Source: an uncultured delta proteobacterium
Lineage (GTDB): Bacteria > Desulfobacterota > Binatia > UBA9968
Reading direction: 5' to 3'
Assembly: GCA_963745835.1 (NCBI GenBank)
Contig: CAVUZH010000005.1
Span: forward strand, 32,001-96,000
DNA length: 64,000 nucleotides
Shown: one piece after another, positions 9,349 through 19,570 of the stretch
Position numbering within the stretch: the first letter of the stretch is position 1
Layout: each line of letters starts with the position of its first letter
The notes under the pieces: generated by a model
Databases searched by the model: none
Seen by the model: only the letters and a program-made list of their open reading frames with translations
Told to the model about the DNA's origin: nothing
Position numbers and translations under genes: made by a program

Positions 9349-10377
9349 TTAGTTCTTGGACACTACGATGTCGCGCAACTTTGCCGCCAGACTCGGTTCC
9401 AGGTTGAAGAACCCTTGCACGATTTTTTCAACTTCGTGACCTGGCAGTGGGTTTAGGTCGAGCTTAGCGGTCTTTGCATCGGCCAAAAAATCCGGGTCTT
9501 TCATGGTCGCCATAAACGCATCACGGAGTATTTTAACTCGATCCTTAGGCGTTGCGGGTGGGAGGGTTAAAGAACGAACCATTGTTGCCGGATCGACAAT
9601 TCCTATCTTGATCAATTGACGCGCGTCATCGTTCTTCGCGAGCTCGAGAGCGTTCGGCACATCCGGAAGGTCCGGATGTCTTTTGGGGAGCATTTGTATG
9701 AGGACTTTTGTACTGCCAGAGTCTAGTCCCTGCCTCCACATTATTTTAATAGTCTCCCATCCCCAGCAACCGCCATCAACTTCTCCGGAGTCCGCAGCCA
9801 CACGTATCTCAGCCGTTCCTTTGTATCCTTCGACAATTTGAATTGGCAGATGTAGCGCCGCCTTCAGAATTTTGGGTATGTCGGAAGTCACAGAACCCGG
9901 TGCCATCGCGCCGATTTTCACGGGCGTCTTCGCTGCCAACCACTGATCGGTGCTAGAGATACCGCTCGATTTTGAGACGGCACAGGACGAGCTGTCTCCT
10001 GCGGGCGCTCCGATCCACTCGAATTTACGCGCATCAAATTCGATCCCCTTTTGTCCGCCGATCACTTGTTGTAAGACCAATCCGCCGATCCAACTTCCGA
10101 TCGTGAGACCGTCGGGCTTTGCCTGATTGTAGAGATAATTCGCCGCAATGAGACTTCCGGCGCCCGGCATGTTATCAACGATCACGGTTGGCTTGCCAGG
10201 AATGTTTTTTCCCAAATGCCGTCCGATTGCGCGCGCGTAGATATCCATTCCGCCGCCAGGCGAAAATCCGACGACAATGCGCAGCGTCTTGTTGCTGTAA
10301 AAATCCTGCGCGCTGGTGTTCGACCCAAAAGCCATAAACAGAGTCATGAACGCCAGCGTAATTTCGAGCCGCTTCAT
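9349..10377 (-). CDS. Tripartite tricarboxylate transporter substrate-binding protein (TctC/Bug family)
   Basis: IVVGFSPGGGMD, NMPGAGS, AKPDGLTI, GYKG, PDLPDVP. Signal peptide. Confidence 0.9.
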   Translation of the reverse strand: MKRLEITLAFMTLFMAFGSNTSAQDFYSNKTLRIVVGFSPGGGMDIYARAIGRHLGKNIPGKPTVIVDNMPGAGSLIAANYLYNQAKPDGLTIGSWIGGLVLQQVIGGQKGIEFDARKFEWIGAPAGDSSSCAVSKSSGISSTDQWLAAKTPVKIGAMAPGSVTSDIPKILKAALHLPIQIVEGYKGTAEIRVAADSGEVDGGCWGWETIKIMWRQGLDSGSTKVLIQMLPKRHPDLPDVPNALELAKNDDARQLIKIGIVDPATMVRSLTLPPATPKDRVKILRDAFMATMKDPDFLADAKTAKLDLNPLPGHEVEKIVQGFFNLEPSLAAKLRDIVVSKN

Positions 10378-10461
10378 ATGAAATCACCCTCCGTGACGGT
10401 AAGAAGATTTCTAAAGATATAAATTCGAAAAGAAGTGAATTCTCGGTTCGACTTACGGGCG

Positions 10462-10491
10462 ACCATAAGGCAAACGTGAACTAGGTGTCAA
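10462..10491 (-). promoter_or_regulatory. Putative sigma70 promoter of tctC-rid-M20 operon
   Basis: Minus strand TTGACA-18 nt-TATGGT about 85 nt upstream of the tctC ATG. Confidence 0.45.
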
Positions 10492-10754
10492 GCAAGTCGG
10501 CTGTTATTAACCGAGCTTAAAGAATCATTTTGGCCATCGCTTGAAACGAAGGCAGACTTTGGCGAGCAGACCCGGTCCGGATGACCAAGTTTATTTTTTT
10601 CCTTTATTCCTTCTGTTTTTCCTGTAGGAAGCGCGACACCGCCACTTGTCCGCTAACGATCACGGCTTTTGTGCGACCGTGCATTCTTAAGAAAATCCTC
10701 TTGCTCCGTACCCGCCATCTCCATTAATATCCGCTCATTCAACGGAGGCCTTAG

Positions 10755-11384
10755 TTGGCGAAGACCATCACTATACCAGTCGATGTCTACTTGATCACCC
10801 TTCAGATCGAGAGCTACCAGGTCGTGGAAAAGAAGATCGCGGTTGGTAAAAGCACTCAGATTCAACATGAGCGGGTCAAGGAAACCCGCGACATTCCTCC
10901 TAATCAGAACGACAAAACGGTTATGCGCGCTATCGATGTAGCCAATACAATCTGGGCTCCGGCGGATGTCACCTTTCACCTGCGCAAGAGCTTTTTCCCA
11001 GTAACCGAGGCGCCCGGAAATGTAGAGGAGGTCAGTGTAAGCGGATTTTTTCAGATGATTACGACCTTGAAAATCAAGCCGAGCGGCGCAGTGGCCGCGT
11101 TGTTTGTGAACCGTTTCGAAAAGAGAGATCTAGGAGGATTTGCCGCTGAGGCGCTCGGTGTCTGCATTGTCACCTCGCTTGGCGATCCAGTCCTAGGTAA
11201 GACGCTGGCACATGAATTCGGCCACCTCCTTAGCCTCCCGGACCTGCGTAATGATCCCAAGTCGGTCGCAAATAATTACAACTTGATGTACGAAGCATCA
11301 CGCGCAGGCGATAAACTGACCTCGGACCAAATCAGCAAAGCACGCAATTCTGAACGGGTAAAGCTCGTATATCAGAGCCCTTGA
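10755..11384 (+). CDS. Small metzincin-type zinc metalloprotease-like protein
   Basis: GGAGG RBS before TTG. TLAHEFGHLLSLPD zinc motif and downstream Met-turn NYNLMY. Confidence 0.65.
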   Translation: MAKTITIPVDVYLITLQIESYQVVEKKIAVGKSTQIQHERVKETRDIPPNQNDKTVMRAIDVANTIWAPADVTFHLRKSFFPVTEAPGNVEEVSVSGFFQMITTLKIKPSGAVAALFVNRFEKRDLGGFAAEALGVCIVTSLGDPVLGKTLAHEFGHLLSLPDLRNDPKSVANNYNLMYEASRAGDKLTSDQISKARNSERVKLVYQSP

Positions 11385-11527
11385 TCCGAATCTTCTCACA
11401 CAGGTGTCGTTTGCTTCCCGGAATTCATTAACTAGCGATAACCCTTCTCGAGCGATTCGATGTCCGCTGCCGGACGCCCGTGCAGAAAATTAATCAACAC
11501 CATCGTTGATTGGTGATAGGAGTAGGA

Positions 11528-12541
11528 ATGCGATTCGGTATTGAGTTCGGCAGCTATCCGGCGGATTTGGATCCTGCCGAGGTGTGCGAGCAGGTCTCCC
11601 TGCGGGCGCAAGTCGCCTACAAGAACAATTTCGAGGCCTTGTTCGTCGCCCAACATTATCTCACCGGCCCGGATGCGGCGATCTTACAGTCGATTCCTTT
11701 GCTGGCTTACCTTGCCGCGCAGGTACCGGGAATGTATCTCGGCACCTCAATCTTTCTTCTGCCGCTGCATCACCCGGTGATGGTCGCCGAATATATCTCG
11801 ACGTTGGATAATTTATCCGGCGGGAAGGTTCTCTTCGGTGTGGGCCAGGGCTATCGAGAGAACGAGTTCGATTCATTCGGTATCGACAAACGGCAGCGCA
11901 GGAGCCGATTGGTCGAGGGGCTCGCGGTTATTCGAAAGCTCTGGACGGGAGAGCCGGTGGCCTTTCATGGGGAACATTTCCATCTCGATAATGTGATGAG
12001 CCTTCCCACGCCGGTGCAGCGGCCGGGGCCGCCGATTTTGATGGGCGCCGATACCGTGAGAACCGTCGCCAGAGTGCCGGAAGTTGCCGACCACTGGATC
12101 GCCAGCCGCCGCCACTCGAAGAGTTTTTTACGCCAAGCATTGCCGGAGTATAAGGCGGCGTTGGAACGGCAGGGAAGGCCATATCGCGGGTTGTATATTT
12201 TTCGCGATCTTTGCGTCGCCGATACGATGCGCGAAGCGGAGGAGCGCATCAAGGAAGGCTACGAGCGGCGCTACCGGCGCTATCAGCAATGGGGACAGCC
12301 GGGCGAGCGCTATGATCTGAACTTCGATGAGTTAAAGCGTGACCGCTTGATATTCGGAAGCCCGTCCGAAGTTGTCGAGCAAGTGATGGCCTATCATGAA
12401 GAGTTCGGCGCTGAAGTGATGTGGTTCATGGTGGATTGGCCGGGGATGGACCCGCGGTTTACGCTGGAAACGATCGAGCGCTTCGGCAAAGAGGTCATCC
12501 CGCGGATCAAACGGCTGACGCCGGAGTGTCCGCTGCCGTAG
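11528..12541 (+). CDS. LLM-class flavin-dependent oxidoreductase (luciferase-like)
   Basis: MRFGI, LFVAQHY, LPLHHPVMVAE, LDNLSGG, GVGQGYR, FHGEHF, IFGSPSEV, ERFGKEVIP. Confidence 0.9.
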   Translation: MRFGIEFGSYPADLDPAEVCEQVSLRAQVAYKNNFEALFVAQHYLTGPDAAILQSIPLLAYLAAQVPGMYLGTSIFLLPLHHPVMVAEYISTLDNLSGGKVLFGVGQGYRENEFDSFGIDKRQRRSRLVEGLAVIRKLWTGEPVAFHGEHFHLDNVMSLPTPVQRPGPPILMGADTVRTVARVPEVADHWIASRRHSKSFLRQALPEYKAALERQGRPYRGLYIFRDLCVADTMREAEERIKEGYERRYRRYQQWGQPGERYDLNFDELKRDRLIFGSPSEVVEQVMAYHEEFGAEVMWFMVDWPGMDPRFTLETIERFGKEVIPRIKRLTPECPLP

Positions 12542-12728
12542 GGAGCTCGTTTTAAAGACGCCGTGATCTTCGCCCGATGCGGATCGGCATTATTCTCTAA
12601 AGCGCTTAGAAGAATACCGGCAGCGATATGCTTCCACGCTTATGCTTACGCGCTCATAACTATCAGTCCATTCGCTGATCGAGACGCACCAGATTCCATT
12701 GTTCAAAATTAAGGGATGCCCCGGTCGC

Positions 12729-14057
12729 CTATCTCGTAGTCTCGGGCTTGGTTCCGAGAGCGCAATGAAACGGCTGCGCGATAAAATAGGTTCTGTCGGC
12801 GCCTGCCTGCGCGACCGCCGCGCGCCACTCCTGCATTTCCTCCGTGGTAAAGGTACTGACAATGGCGCTGTGGGCAAACTGCGCTTGCGCCGTATCGGGC
12901 CGATTCGAGGCGGCAAACTGCGGGAACATCTGTACGTGTGTCAGTCCCGCCTGGTGAAAACGTTGGTAGAGGCCGCCATCGGCACAACCCTCTGCGGCAA
13001 CGAATCCGTGTGGAATTTGCGCTTTCGTTTTTAACTCGTCGGGTAGCGGAACATTAATCACCCACGGAATATCCAAGGCCCGCACCATCACCGCAATCCG
13101 TCCACCCGGCTTGGTGACCCTGACCAGTTCCGCGAGCATGCGATCCGCATTTCCCTCTTCAAAAACTGTGAACGAAAAAGCTACATCAACCTGGTTTTCA
13201 CGAAACGGGAGAGCTTCGGCGTCTCCGCCATGAAATGTGATAACGTCTTCAACTCCCTCTTTTCGGGCGAGAGCCGTTGCCTCCCGGAGAAGATAACGAT
13301 TCACGTCTACACCAATAATAGAATTCCTCCGCGTGGTATAATTTGCGAGCCAGCGATCCAGCACTCCCGAGCCACATCCCACTTCCAAAACGACTTCCTC
13401 AGACTTCAGCTGCAGCGCATCGATTATTTGCTTTACGACGCTAAGATACCCGCTGGAATGGCCACGTGATTCCAGCATTGCCAAAAATCCTAATTCGGGA
13501 CCACCAAGCGTGACCGTGCAAAACTGCGCGCTGAGCCGAGCCAGCAGCGGGTCCCATTGTGACGACGCTAAACTCAGTGGTAGCAGAACGAGTGGCGAGC
13601 CTGCGCCTCGACTGTGGTAGGTGATGCCGCCGATTTCACCCCGAACATCGCCATGCACGTTTCTAGGATTTTTTGCTTGTTCACTGGAGAGGCTATTGAG
13701 GATAGCGGTTTCCACTTGTTCAGTGCAGTCGGCAACCACATCGGCCCACGGTGGACTGAAATACCCCGGGAGCCAGACGACCGTAGCTTCTGGCAAACTT
13801 GCCACGGAGTTGCGCACCATAGCCGCCGGACGACCGTAGTCGCCGGCAATAATCAGAAGTCGAGGACCGAGCGCACGCAGACTCGGGTCGAGGCGCGGTG
13901 GGCAGACAAGTGTCAGCGATGCAATCCGTTCCGAATGGGTTCGCGCGAAGTCTATGACATCCGCCAGCATCGAGGCGGCAAAGTGAGCGCGCTCAATACC
14001 GAGGTGGTCGAGTACATGGACCAGACGGTCGGCTGTCGAAAAATTTGCCTCTGCCAT
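12729..14057 (-). CDS. Fusion of degenerate alpha/beta-hydrolase-like segments with a class I SAM-dependent methyltransferase
   Basis: N-terminus LDHLGIERAHFAASM..RIASLTLV and GAGSPLVLL..SQWDPL (hydrolase-like). C-terminus VLEVGCGSG, GVD, GDAEALPF, ELVRVTKPGG. Confidence 0.75.
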   Translation of the reverse strand: MAEANFSTADRLVHVLDHLGIERAHFAASMLADVIDFARTHSERIASLTLVCPPRLDPSLRALGPRLLIIAGDYGRPAAMVRNSVASLPEATVVWLPGYFSPPWADVVADCTEQVETAILNSLSSEQAKNPRNVHGDVRGEIGGITYHSRGAGSPLVLLPLSLASSQWDPLLARLSAQFCTVTLGGPELGFLAMLESRGHSSGYLSVVKQIIDALQLKSEEVVLEVGCGSGVLDRWLANYTTRRNSIIGVDVNRYLLREATALARKEGVEDVITFHGGDAEALPFRENQVDVAFSFTVFEEGNADRMLAELVRVTKPGGRIAVMVRALDIPWVINVPLPDELKTKAQIPHGFVAAEGCADGGLYQRFHQAGLTHVQMFPQFAASNRPDTAQAQFAHSAIVSTFTTEEMQEWRAAVAQAGADRTYFIAQPFHCALGTKPETTR

Positions 14058-14435
14058 GAGTGCACCTCGTTTTACGACTAGTCCCATCTAGCCGAACAGC
14101 ATAATGCGATTTCTTAGGGCGACGACTTCTAAACTCGTTCTGGATACTGTCGACAAATCTTTTGATCGCCTCGGCGAACTGGGAGCGGGCCAATCGTCAG
14201 GTCGAAAATAATTATTCTCCAAGCGATCAAGCGGGGCTTATCTCGCTAACCGACCTGAAAAAACTTGAAAATTCGGTTGGACTATCATCCAGTCACCTTA
14301 AGAGTGTCAAGTCCGGAACCATTAGCCTGTCGGCGGTTTAGTATCAAATCCGGATGGGGACGATATGGGAAGGAACGAAGCTTTGTTGACAGACGGTTCC
14401 CTAATATAGTGGAGTCCGGTACGTGGAGGTCTGCC

Positions 14436-15434
14436 ATGGCAAACGCGATATCCAAACCTGAGACGATAAACAAACTGCGATTCGCCGTCGATGCAGGTTT
14501 CGCAATGCTGACAGGTATGCAGCTCGACCTATTCACGCCGTTGAAGCGAGGCTCCATGACCGCCGAGCAGCTCGCCGCCGCGATTGGTGTAAGCCCTGCG
14601 CGGTTGCGCCTTCTTCTCTACGTGCTTGTTGCCGCAGGACTCTTAACGGAGCAGGACGGAATTTTCTCAAACACGATTGAAACCAATCAATTCCTGGTGA
14701 AGGACGAGCCTTCGTACATCGGTAATAGACACGCCGCCATCGCGATGCGCTGGCGGGAAAATTTCAAAACCGCTGAGTCCATCCGTAGTGGTGTGCCAAA
14801 GGCAAAGTTGGATTTCTCCAATGCTCCAGCCGAAGAATTGGAAACGTTTCTTCGCAACATCAACGCGAGCACGGTTCCATCGGCGCGGGCTTTGGTGCAG
14901 ACAGCTGATTTTTCCTCGGTTAAGACATTGTTGGATGTAGGCTGTGGGGGTGCAGGGATCGCCATAACAATAACCAAGGCGTGCCCCCACATAACGGCGA
15001 CAGCGGTTGATCTAGCTCAGGTCGCACCGATTGCTCACAAGATCGTAGCCGAAGAAGGAGCAGCAGAGAGAGTCAAAGTCGTGGCGGCAGACGTTGTAAA
15101 CGGTCCGTTATCGGGAGCCTACGACGCAGCGGTGCTGAGAGCTTTTCTTCAGGTGCTGTCTTCAAAAGATGCCGGGCGGGCGATACAGAATATCGCTGCC
15201 GTATTAAATCCGGGCGGCAGGATCTTCATCATCGGCCAGATTCTCGACGATTCGCGTCGATCTCCTTTGGAGGCGGTTGGATTCAATTTAACTTTTATAA
15301 ATTTCTTCGACTCCGGCGAGTCTTACAGCGAAAGCGAGTACCGAGAATGGTTAACGGCGGCTGGATTTGTCGACATCGAGCGTTCTTTGCTCGCTGACGG
15401 AGGTAGTCTGATGACGGCTCGCAAACTCAAATAA
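14436..15434 (+). CDS. O-methyltransferase family 2 (dimerisation/wHTH + SAM domain)
   Basis: QLDLFTPL, TAEQLAAAIG, LLDVGCGGAG, LNPGGRIFI, EYREWLTAAGF. GGAGG RBS before ATG 14436. Confidence 0.85.
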   Translation: MANAISKPETINKLRFAVDAGFAMLTGMQLDLFTPLKRGSMTAEQLAAAIGVSPARLRLLLYVLVAAGLLTEQDGIFSNTIETNQFLVKDEPSYIGNRHAAIAMRWRENFKTAESIRSGVPKAKLDFSNAPAEELETFLRNINASTVPSARALVQTADFSSVKTLLDVGCGGAGIAITITKACPHITATAVDLAQVAPIAHKIVAEEGAAERVKVVAADVVNGPLSGAYDAAVLRAFLQVLSSKDAGRAIQNIAAVLNPGGRIFIIGQILDDSRRSPLEAVGFNLTFINFFDSGESYSESEYREWLTAAGFVDIERSLLADGGSLMTARKLK

Positions 15435-15730
15435 CCTGATCGCGCGGTCTTATCTTTAAAATAACTGTGACGTCGATATCTGGATTGGCTATTCGAAGCA
15501 AAAAAGTGCTTCGGTCTTTGCGGGCTCGACTACATGGTGACATCAATTACGTCCATCGTCGCTAGAAAACACTATTGAAAACGCTGTAGCTGTACGAGAC
15601 AGAGATAGCGTGGTTCGATCCGGCAGCTAGGCTGTGGATGCCACGTAAATGGCGATGAACTACGCCGCATCCTTCGTCTTACCTTTCAGCACTTACCGTG
15701 CTATTCACGTCCTACGGGAGGCAGGACATC

Positions 15731-16588
15731 ATGGGAGAAGTTACTGCGAACATACATCAGCTCAATGATTCAGTATTTGCGGTGATCGGCGTCGACGGAG
15801 CGACGAATTTTGGGATTATCAAAGGCAGCGATGACTCGGCGGTTCTGATCGATGCTGACATCCGTCGTATGGATGAGATCGACGACGCGCTTGCAAGGAC
15901 AGGGTGCAAAAAAGTTCGCTATCTGGTGAACACCCACGAGAATTTTGATCACAGCTCTGCGAACGACTATTTCGAGAAAAACGGAACGGTCGTGGTCGGT
16001 ACGAATGGCTGCTATCAGGCGTTGGAGCAAGACGGTGATGAAAAATTCGCCGAGATGGCGGGACGATCGCCGGAGCTGTGGACGCGTTTCCCCGGATTGA
16101 AGATGGCCAACCTGCAGATCACGTTTCCGCAAGAGACGACACTTCATCTCCCGGGCGTGGCCGTCCGGCTACTTTTTGCAGCACATAACGGCAAGAGCCA
16201 TAGCCGCGGCGACGCCATAGCGATTCTTGAGCGCGACAAGATACTATTCGCCGGTGACCTACTTTATACGGACTTTCACCCGGTCACCGTATACGGCAAC
16301 ATTCCCAATTGGATCGAGAGCATCAATCATCTCCTTGCCCACGATTTTGTTTCCGTGGTGCCTGGACACGGGCCGGTATCGAGCGGCGGCAACGACGTTT
16401 ACAAATCCGCCTTCGAGAAGTTTCGTAGCTATCTGGAGGATTTTTACGGCCGGCTCAAAGAAATGAAGGCAGGTAGAAAAAGCCCGGGTGAAGTCGAATC
16501 GTATATGAAGAGCGGGGCATACGCCGCCATGGGTAAGACCTGGATGGTCAAACGAAACATCGAATATTCCCTGAAAGAGGCCAACTAA
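15731..16588 (+). CDS. Metallo-beta-lactamase-fold hydrolase (cyclase-like)
   Basis: VNTHENFDH (variant HxHxDH), SHSRGD, LFAGDL, VVPGHG. Confidence 0.8.
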   Translation: MGEVTANIHQLNDSVFAVIGVDGATNFGIIKGSDDSAVLIDADIRRMDEIDDALARTGCKKVRYLVNTHENFDHSSANDYFEKNGTVVVGTNGCYQALEQDGDEKFAEMAGRSPELWTRFPGLKMANLQITFPQETTLHLPGVAVRLLFAAHNGKSHSRGDAIAILERDKILFAGDLLYTDFHPVTVYGNIPNWIESINHLLAHDFVSVVPGHGPVSSGGNDVYKSAFEKFRSYLEDFYGRLKEMKAGRKSPGEVESYMKSGAYAAMGKTWMVKRNIEYSLKEAN

Positions 16589-17566
16589 ATGCTGCGTCTC
16601 CTGCTTTCGCTGCTTGTGATTGCCTATCTTGCCGGCTCATCCGTTAGTGTTTCTGCCGCCGACAAGCTTCGTGTTGGCTTTCCCTCTCTCGCCACCGCCT
16701 TAAGTCCCACATGGGTCGCAGCAAAGAAAGGCTTTTGGAAGAAATATGATCTCGATGTGGAGCTCATTCTATTATCGGGCGCGGTGATTATTCCGACACT
16801 ACTGAGCGGCAGTCTGGAAGTCGTCATCGGTTCAGACACATCTGCAATCATTTCTAACTTAAAAGGAGGAAACAATCTGCGCCTGGGCGTGACCACCAAC
16901 TCCCTTGGTTCCACCCTGGTGACGCAGCGAAGTGTCGACTCCGTCAAGCAACTTAAAGGAAAGATCATCGGTATCGGTAGCCAAGGATTCAGTTCGCTCG
17001 AGCTGCGCTTATCAAAGCTGCTGCTAGACAATGGCATCGATCCGGAAAAAGAAGTTAAGTTTTTGCCCATCGGAGGTAACCCAAGCGCTCGAGTGGCAGC
17101 TCTGGAGAAGGGACTGGTGGTCGCTGCCATGATCACGCCCCCCTACGATAGGGTCGCCATAGAGAGCGGCATGAAGTCCTTGGCGAAGATTGATGCTCCG
17201 GTTATTGCAGGCGGCATCAACGTCAGAAGCGACTACTTGCAAGGAAATAGAGAAAAACTTCTGAGGTTCTTGAAAGGCTACATCGAAGGGATTCATTTCC
17301 TGATTAATAATAAAAGGGAAACCATCAATATTTTTTCCGATTATCTGGGTGCCCGCGATCCCAAGGTCATAGAATTCTTTTACGGGGAAATCGCCGGGCG
17401 GGTGGAAAAGAACCTGAGTCCGGATCCGGAATCGGTGCGCTTTACGCTCGATTTCATCGGACGCTTGAATCCAAAAGCGAAGGAGATAAAGACAACGGAT
17501 TTTTCAGATCTGTCGCTGTTGGAAGAAATTCACAAGTCGGGATTTATCGAAAAACTGTATCAATAA
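16589..17566 (+). CDS. ABC-type substrate-binding protein, NMT1/THI5/SsuA family
   Basis: Starts immediately after the MBL stop codon. Signal peptide, GFWKKYDLDVEL, QLKGKIIG, C-terminal DLSLLEEIHKSGFIEKLY. Confidence 0.85.
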   Translation: MLRLLLSLLVIAYLAGSSVSVSAADKLRVGFPSLATALSPTWVAAKKGFWKKYDLDVELILLSGAVIIPTLLSGSLEVVIGSDTSAIISNLKGGNNLRLGVTTNSLGSTLVTQRSVDSVKQLKGKIIGIGSQGFSSLELRLSKLLLDNGIDPEKEVKFLPIGGNPSARVAALEKGLVVAAMITPPYDRVAIESGMKSLAKIDAPVIAGGINVRSDYLQGNREKLLRFLKGYIEGIHFLINNKRETINIFSDYLGARDPKVIEFFYGEIAGRVEKNLSPDPESVRFTLDFIGRLNPKAKEIKTTDFSDLSLLEEIHKSGFIEKLYQ

Positions 17567-17766
17567 ATACCAGCGGAATTTCAAAACGTAATTCACTGAT
17601 CGTAATCCAGCGTCACCGAAAGGCTGACGGGCAGGTTTGCAGCAACACTCTCGAAGATCAGGGACAGCGGCTCGATTCAACTCGCTTGCGCGAACTGTCG
17701 CGCAACCATCTGTCGTCACCGCCATACACAACGTGAGTCAGGAGTTGGGAATGATGCGTTCAATGA

Positions 17767-18762
17767 TCACCTCTTCAGCTTATCGACGAACCCGCTTTTT
17801 TTAATTTCTTCGAGGACGCTCGCGTCCATCAATCGGAGCGATTCGGGGGTTTGTCCCTTTGCTTTTGGGTTGGTCTTAGCCGTTTGCGCAATTACCAGTT
17901 CGAGGCCCTTGCGATCGGGCATGTTTAAAAGATCCTCGCCGTATTGCCCTAAAAAATAGTCGTAGCCCACAGCATACATTTCGTCTTCGGCCCGGATGTA
18001 TTTTTTCGTGAGTTGAATGGCCAATGCCTTATTCTTCTTGACGATATAAAGACCTTCGATCATTGCCTTCAAGAACGATGTGACCTTGTCACGGTTCGCT
18101 TCCAGGTAGCTTCTCTTTACCATCAGGGTGCTTTGAGGAAACGCGAGACCCGCCGCCGCCATGTCGAGGATGAGATTCATGCGATATTTTTTAATCGCCA
18201 ACGTGGCGACCGGCTCGCTGAACACCGACGCATCGGCAGATCCACCCGTAAGTGCTGCTATGCGACTGGGGTTGCCGCCTAGTTGAATGAGGGTTGCCTG
18301 CTTCGGATTGATCCCAAGCTTTTCCAAACTCGCTTGAACAGCAAAATCGGTGGCCGAGCCGAACTGACTGATCGCAAATCGTTTTCCTTTCAGATCTTCC
18401 GCGCTCTTGATCTCGGGGCGAGCCACCAGCTTGAAAGCAAAAAAGTTAAACCCGCCGGAAACCATGGTCATATCACCGCCCTGTAAATTGGCGGTAACCG
18501 CCAAAGCACCGGTAGAGAAAAGAAACTGAATTTCATTGGAGAGTAGGGTTTGTGCCCCCAACGTCCCACTGTTTAACGCCAGGTATTCGACGTCGAAGCC
18601 GTATTTTTTAAAAACTCCTTGATCGTGAGCCGCCCAGATCATCGAGTGAAGAGGTGTAAAGCCGCCGCTTCCGACACGGATTTTTTCTGCATGTAAATGC
18701 ATAGGCGCGTACAACGCCAGTATCAATAGAATGGTAATCAGCCAAGCCAATGTTTGTTTCAC
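17767..18762 (-). CDS. ABC-type substrate-binding protein, NMT1/THI5/SsuA family
   Basis: GGAGG RBS before GTG 18762, signal peptide, GVFKKYGFDVE, DLKGKRFAISQFGSATD, C-terminal DASVLEEIKKSGFVDKL. Confidence 0.85.
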   Translation of the reverse strand: MKQTLAWLITILLILALYAPMHLHAEKIRVGSGGFTPLHSMIWAAHDQGVFKKYGFDVEYLALNSGTLGAQTLLSNEIQFLFSTGALAVTANLQGGDMTMVSGGFNFFAFKLVARPEIKSAEDLKGKRFAISQFGSATDFAVQASLEKLGINPKQATLIQLGGNPSRIAALTGGSADASVFSEPVATLAIKKYRMNLILDMAAAGLAFPQSTLMVKRSYLEANRDKVTSFLKAMIEGLYIVKKNKALAIQLTKKYIRAEDEMYAVGYDYFLGQYGEDLLNMPDRKGLELVIAQTAKTNPKAKGQTPESLRLMDASVLEEIKKSGFVDKLKR

Positions 18763-19570
18763 ATCGACCTCCGACAAAGGACGAATCTGTCGCCCTCCTG
18801 ATTTGAAGTCATTAAATGAAAATACGCAACCGTGATGTTCCATTGGAAACTACAAGGGGGAGCCCGAGATATAACACAACCTTCGGATGATCTGGCGGCT
18901 TATACTTTTACCAGCCTAGAGGATTGAGAACTGTACAAGAAATCGTCGGTCTGCGATCTCAAGATTGCGACATACAAGGTTGAGGATTCTTCTGGATGAG
19001 CGCGTCCACAAAAAAGGTAGTCGAGAGTGGTTACGTGCAGGAACTCGAGCGAAAATACAAGATTCGATCTTAACAATCCAGAGGTATCTCTCGAGCAGCC
19101 ATCGGGCATATGTCGGAGACCGTTCGAGTTATGTTTTTTGTGCTTGTATTACTTGGCCCGAAAAAGAAGCGCTGCAGAAGGAATCCACTTAGCTCTGCGT
19201 AACCAGAGTTCGACGATACAAACGGCTCACTCAGAATGATGAGCGTGAAGAACGAGATCAGGCAGGGGTTAGACTCACTGGGTGCTTGGGGAGAATGAGG
19301 TATCGACAGGCTAACCACGAGCCGGACTCCTGCCGTCCAAAATGTTCAAGGTTCAAAACCGACATCGACTTCAAAGCCATAACTTGCGATGTGACAGGAG
19401 CAGATGGAGCAACGCACTACCGAGCGTATCGAAGCCTATCCGCGTAATCCAGTGTTGTACTTGACCGCTCTAGGGCTACAAAAGCACTGTCTTCGAGAAT
19501 GAAACGTCGAAGATGCAAAACATTCTTCGGTCCGAACGGTTTACCTCCTGTGCTAGCACTCGATGGTTGC

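Noticed and set aside
18850-19560. Short ORFs in the 700-bp gap, including MEQRTTERIEAY after an AGGAG RBS
   Set aside because: No recognisable domain beyond a few residues; possibly decayed sequence.
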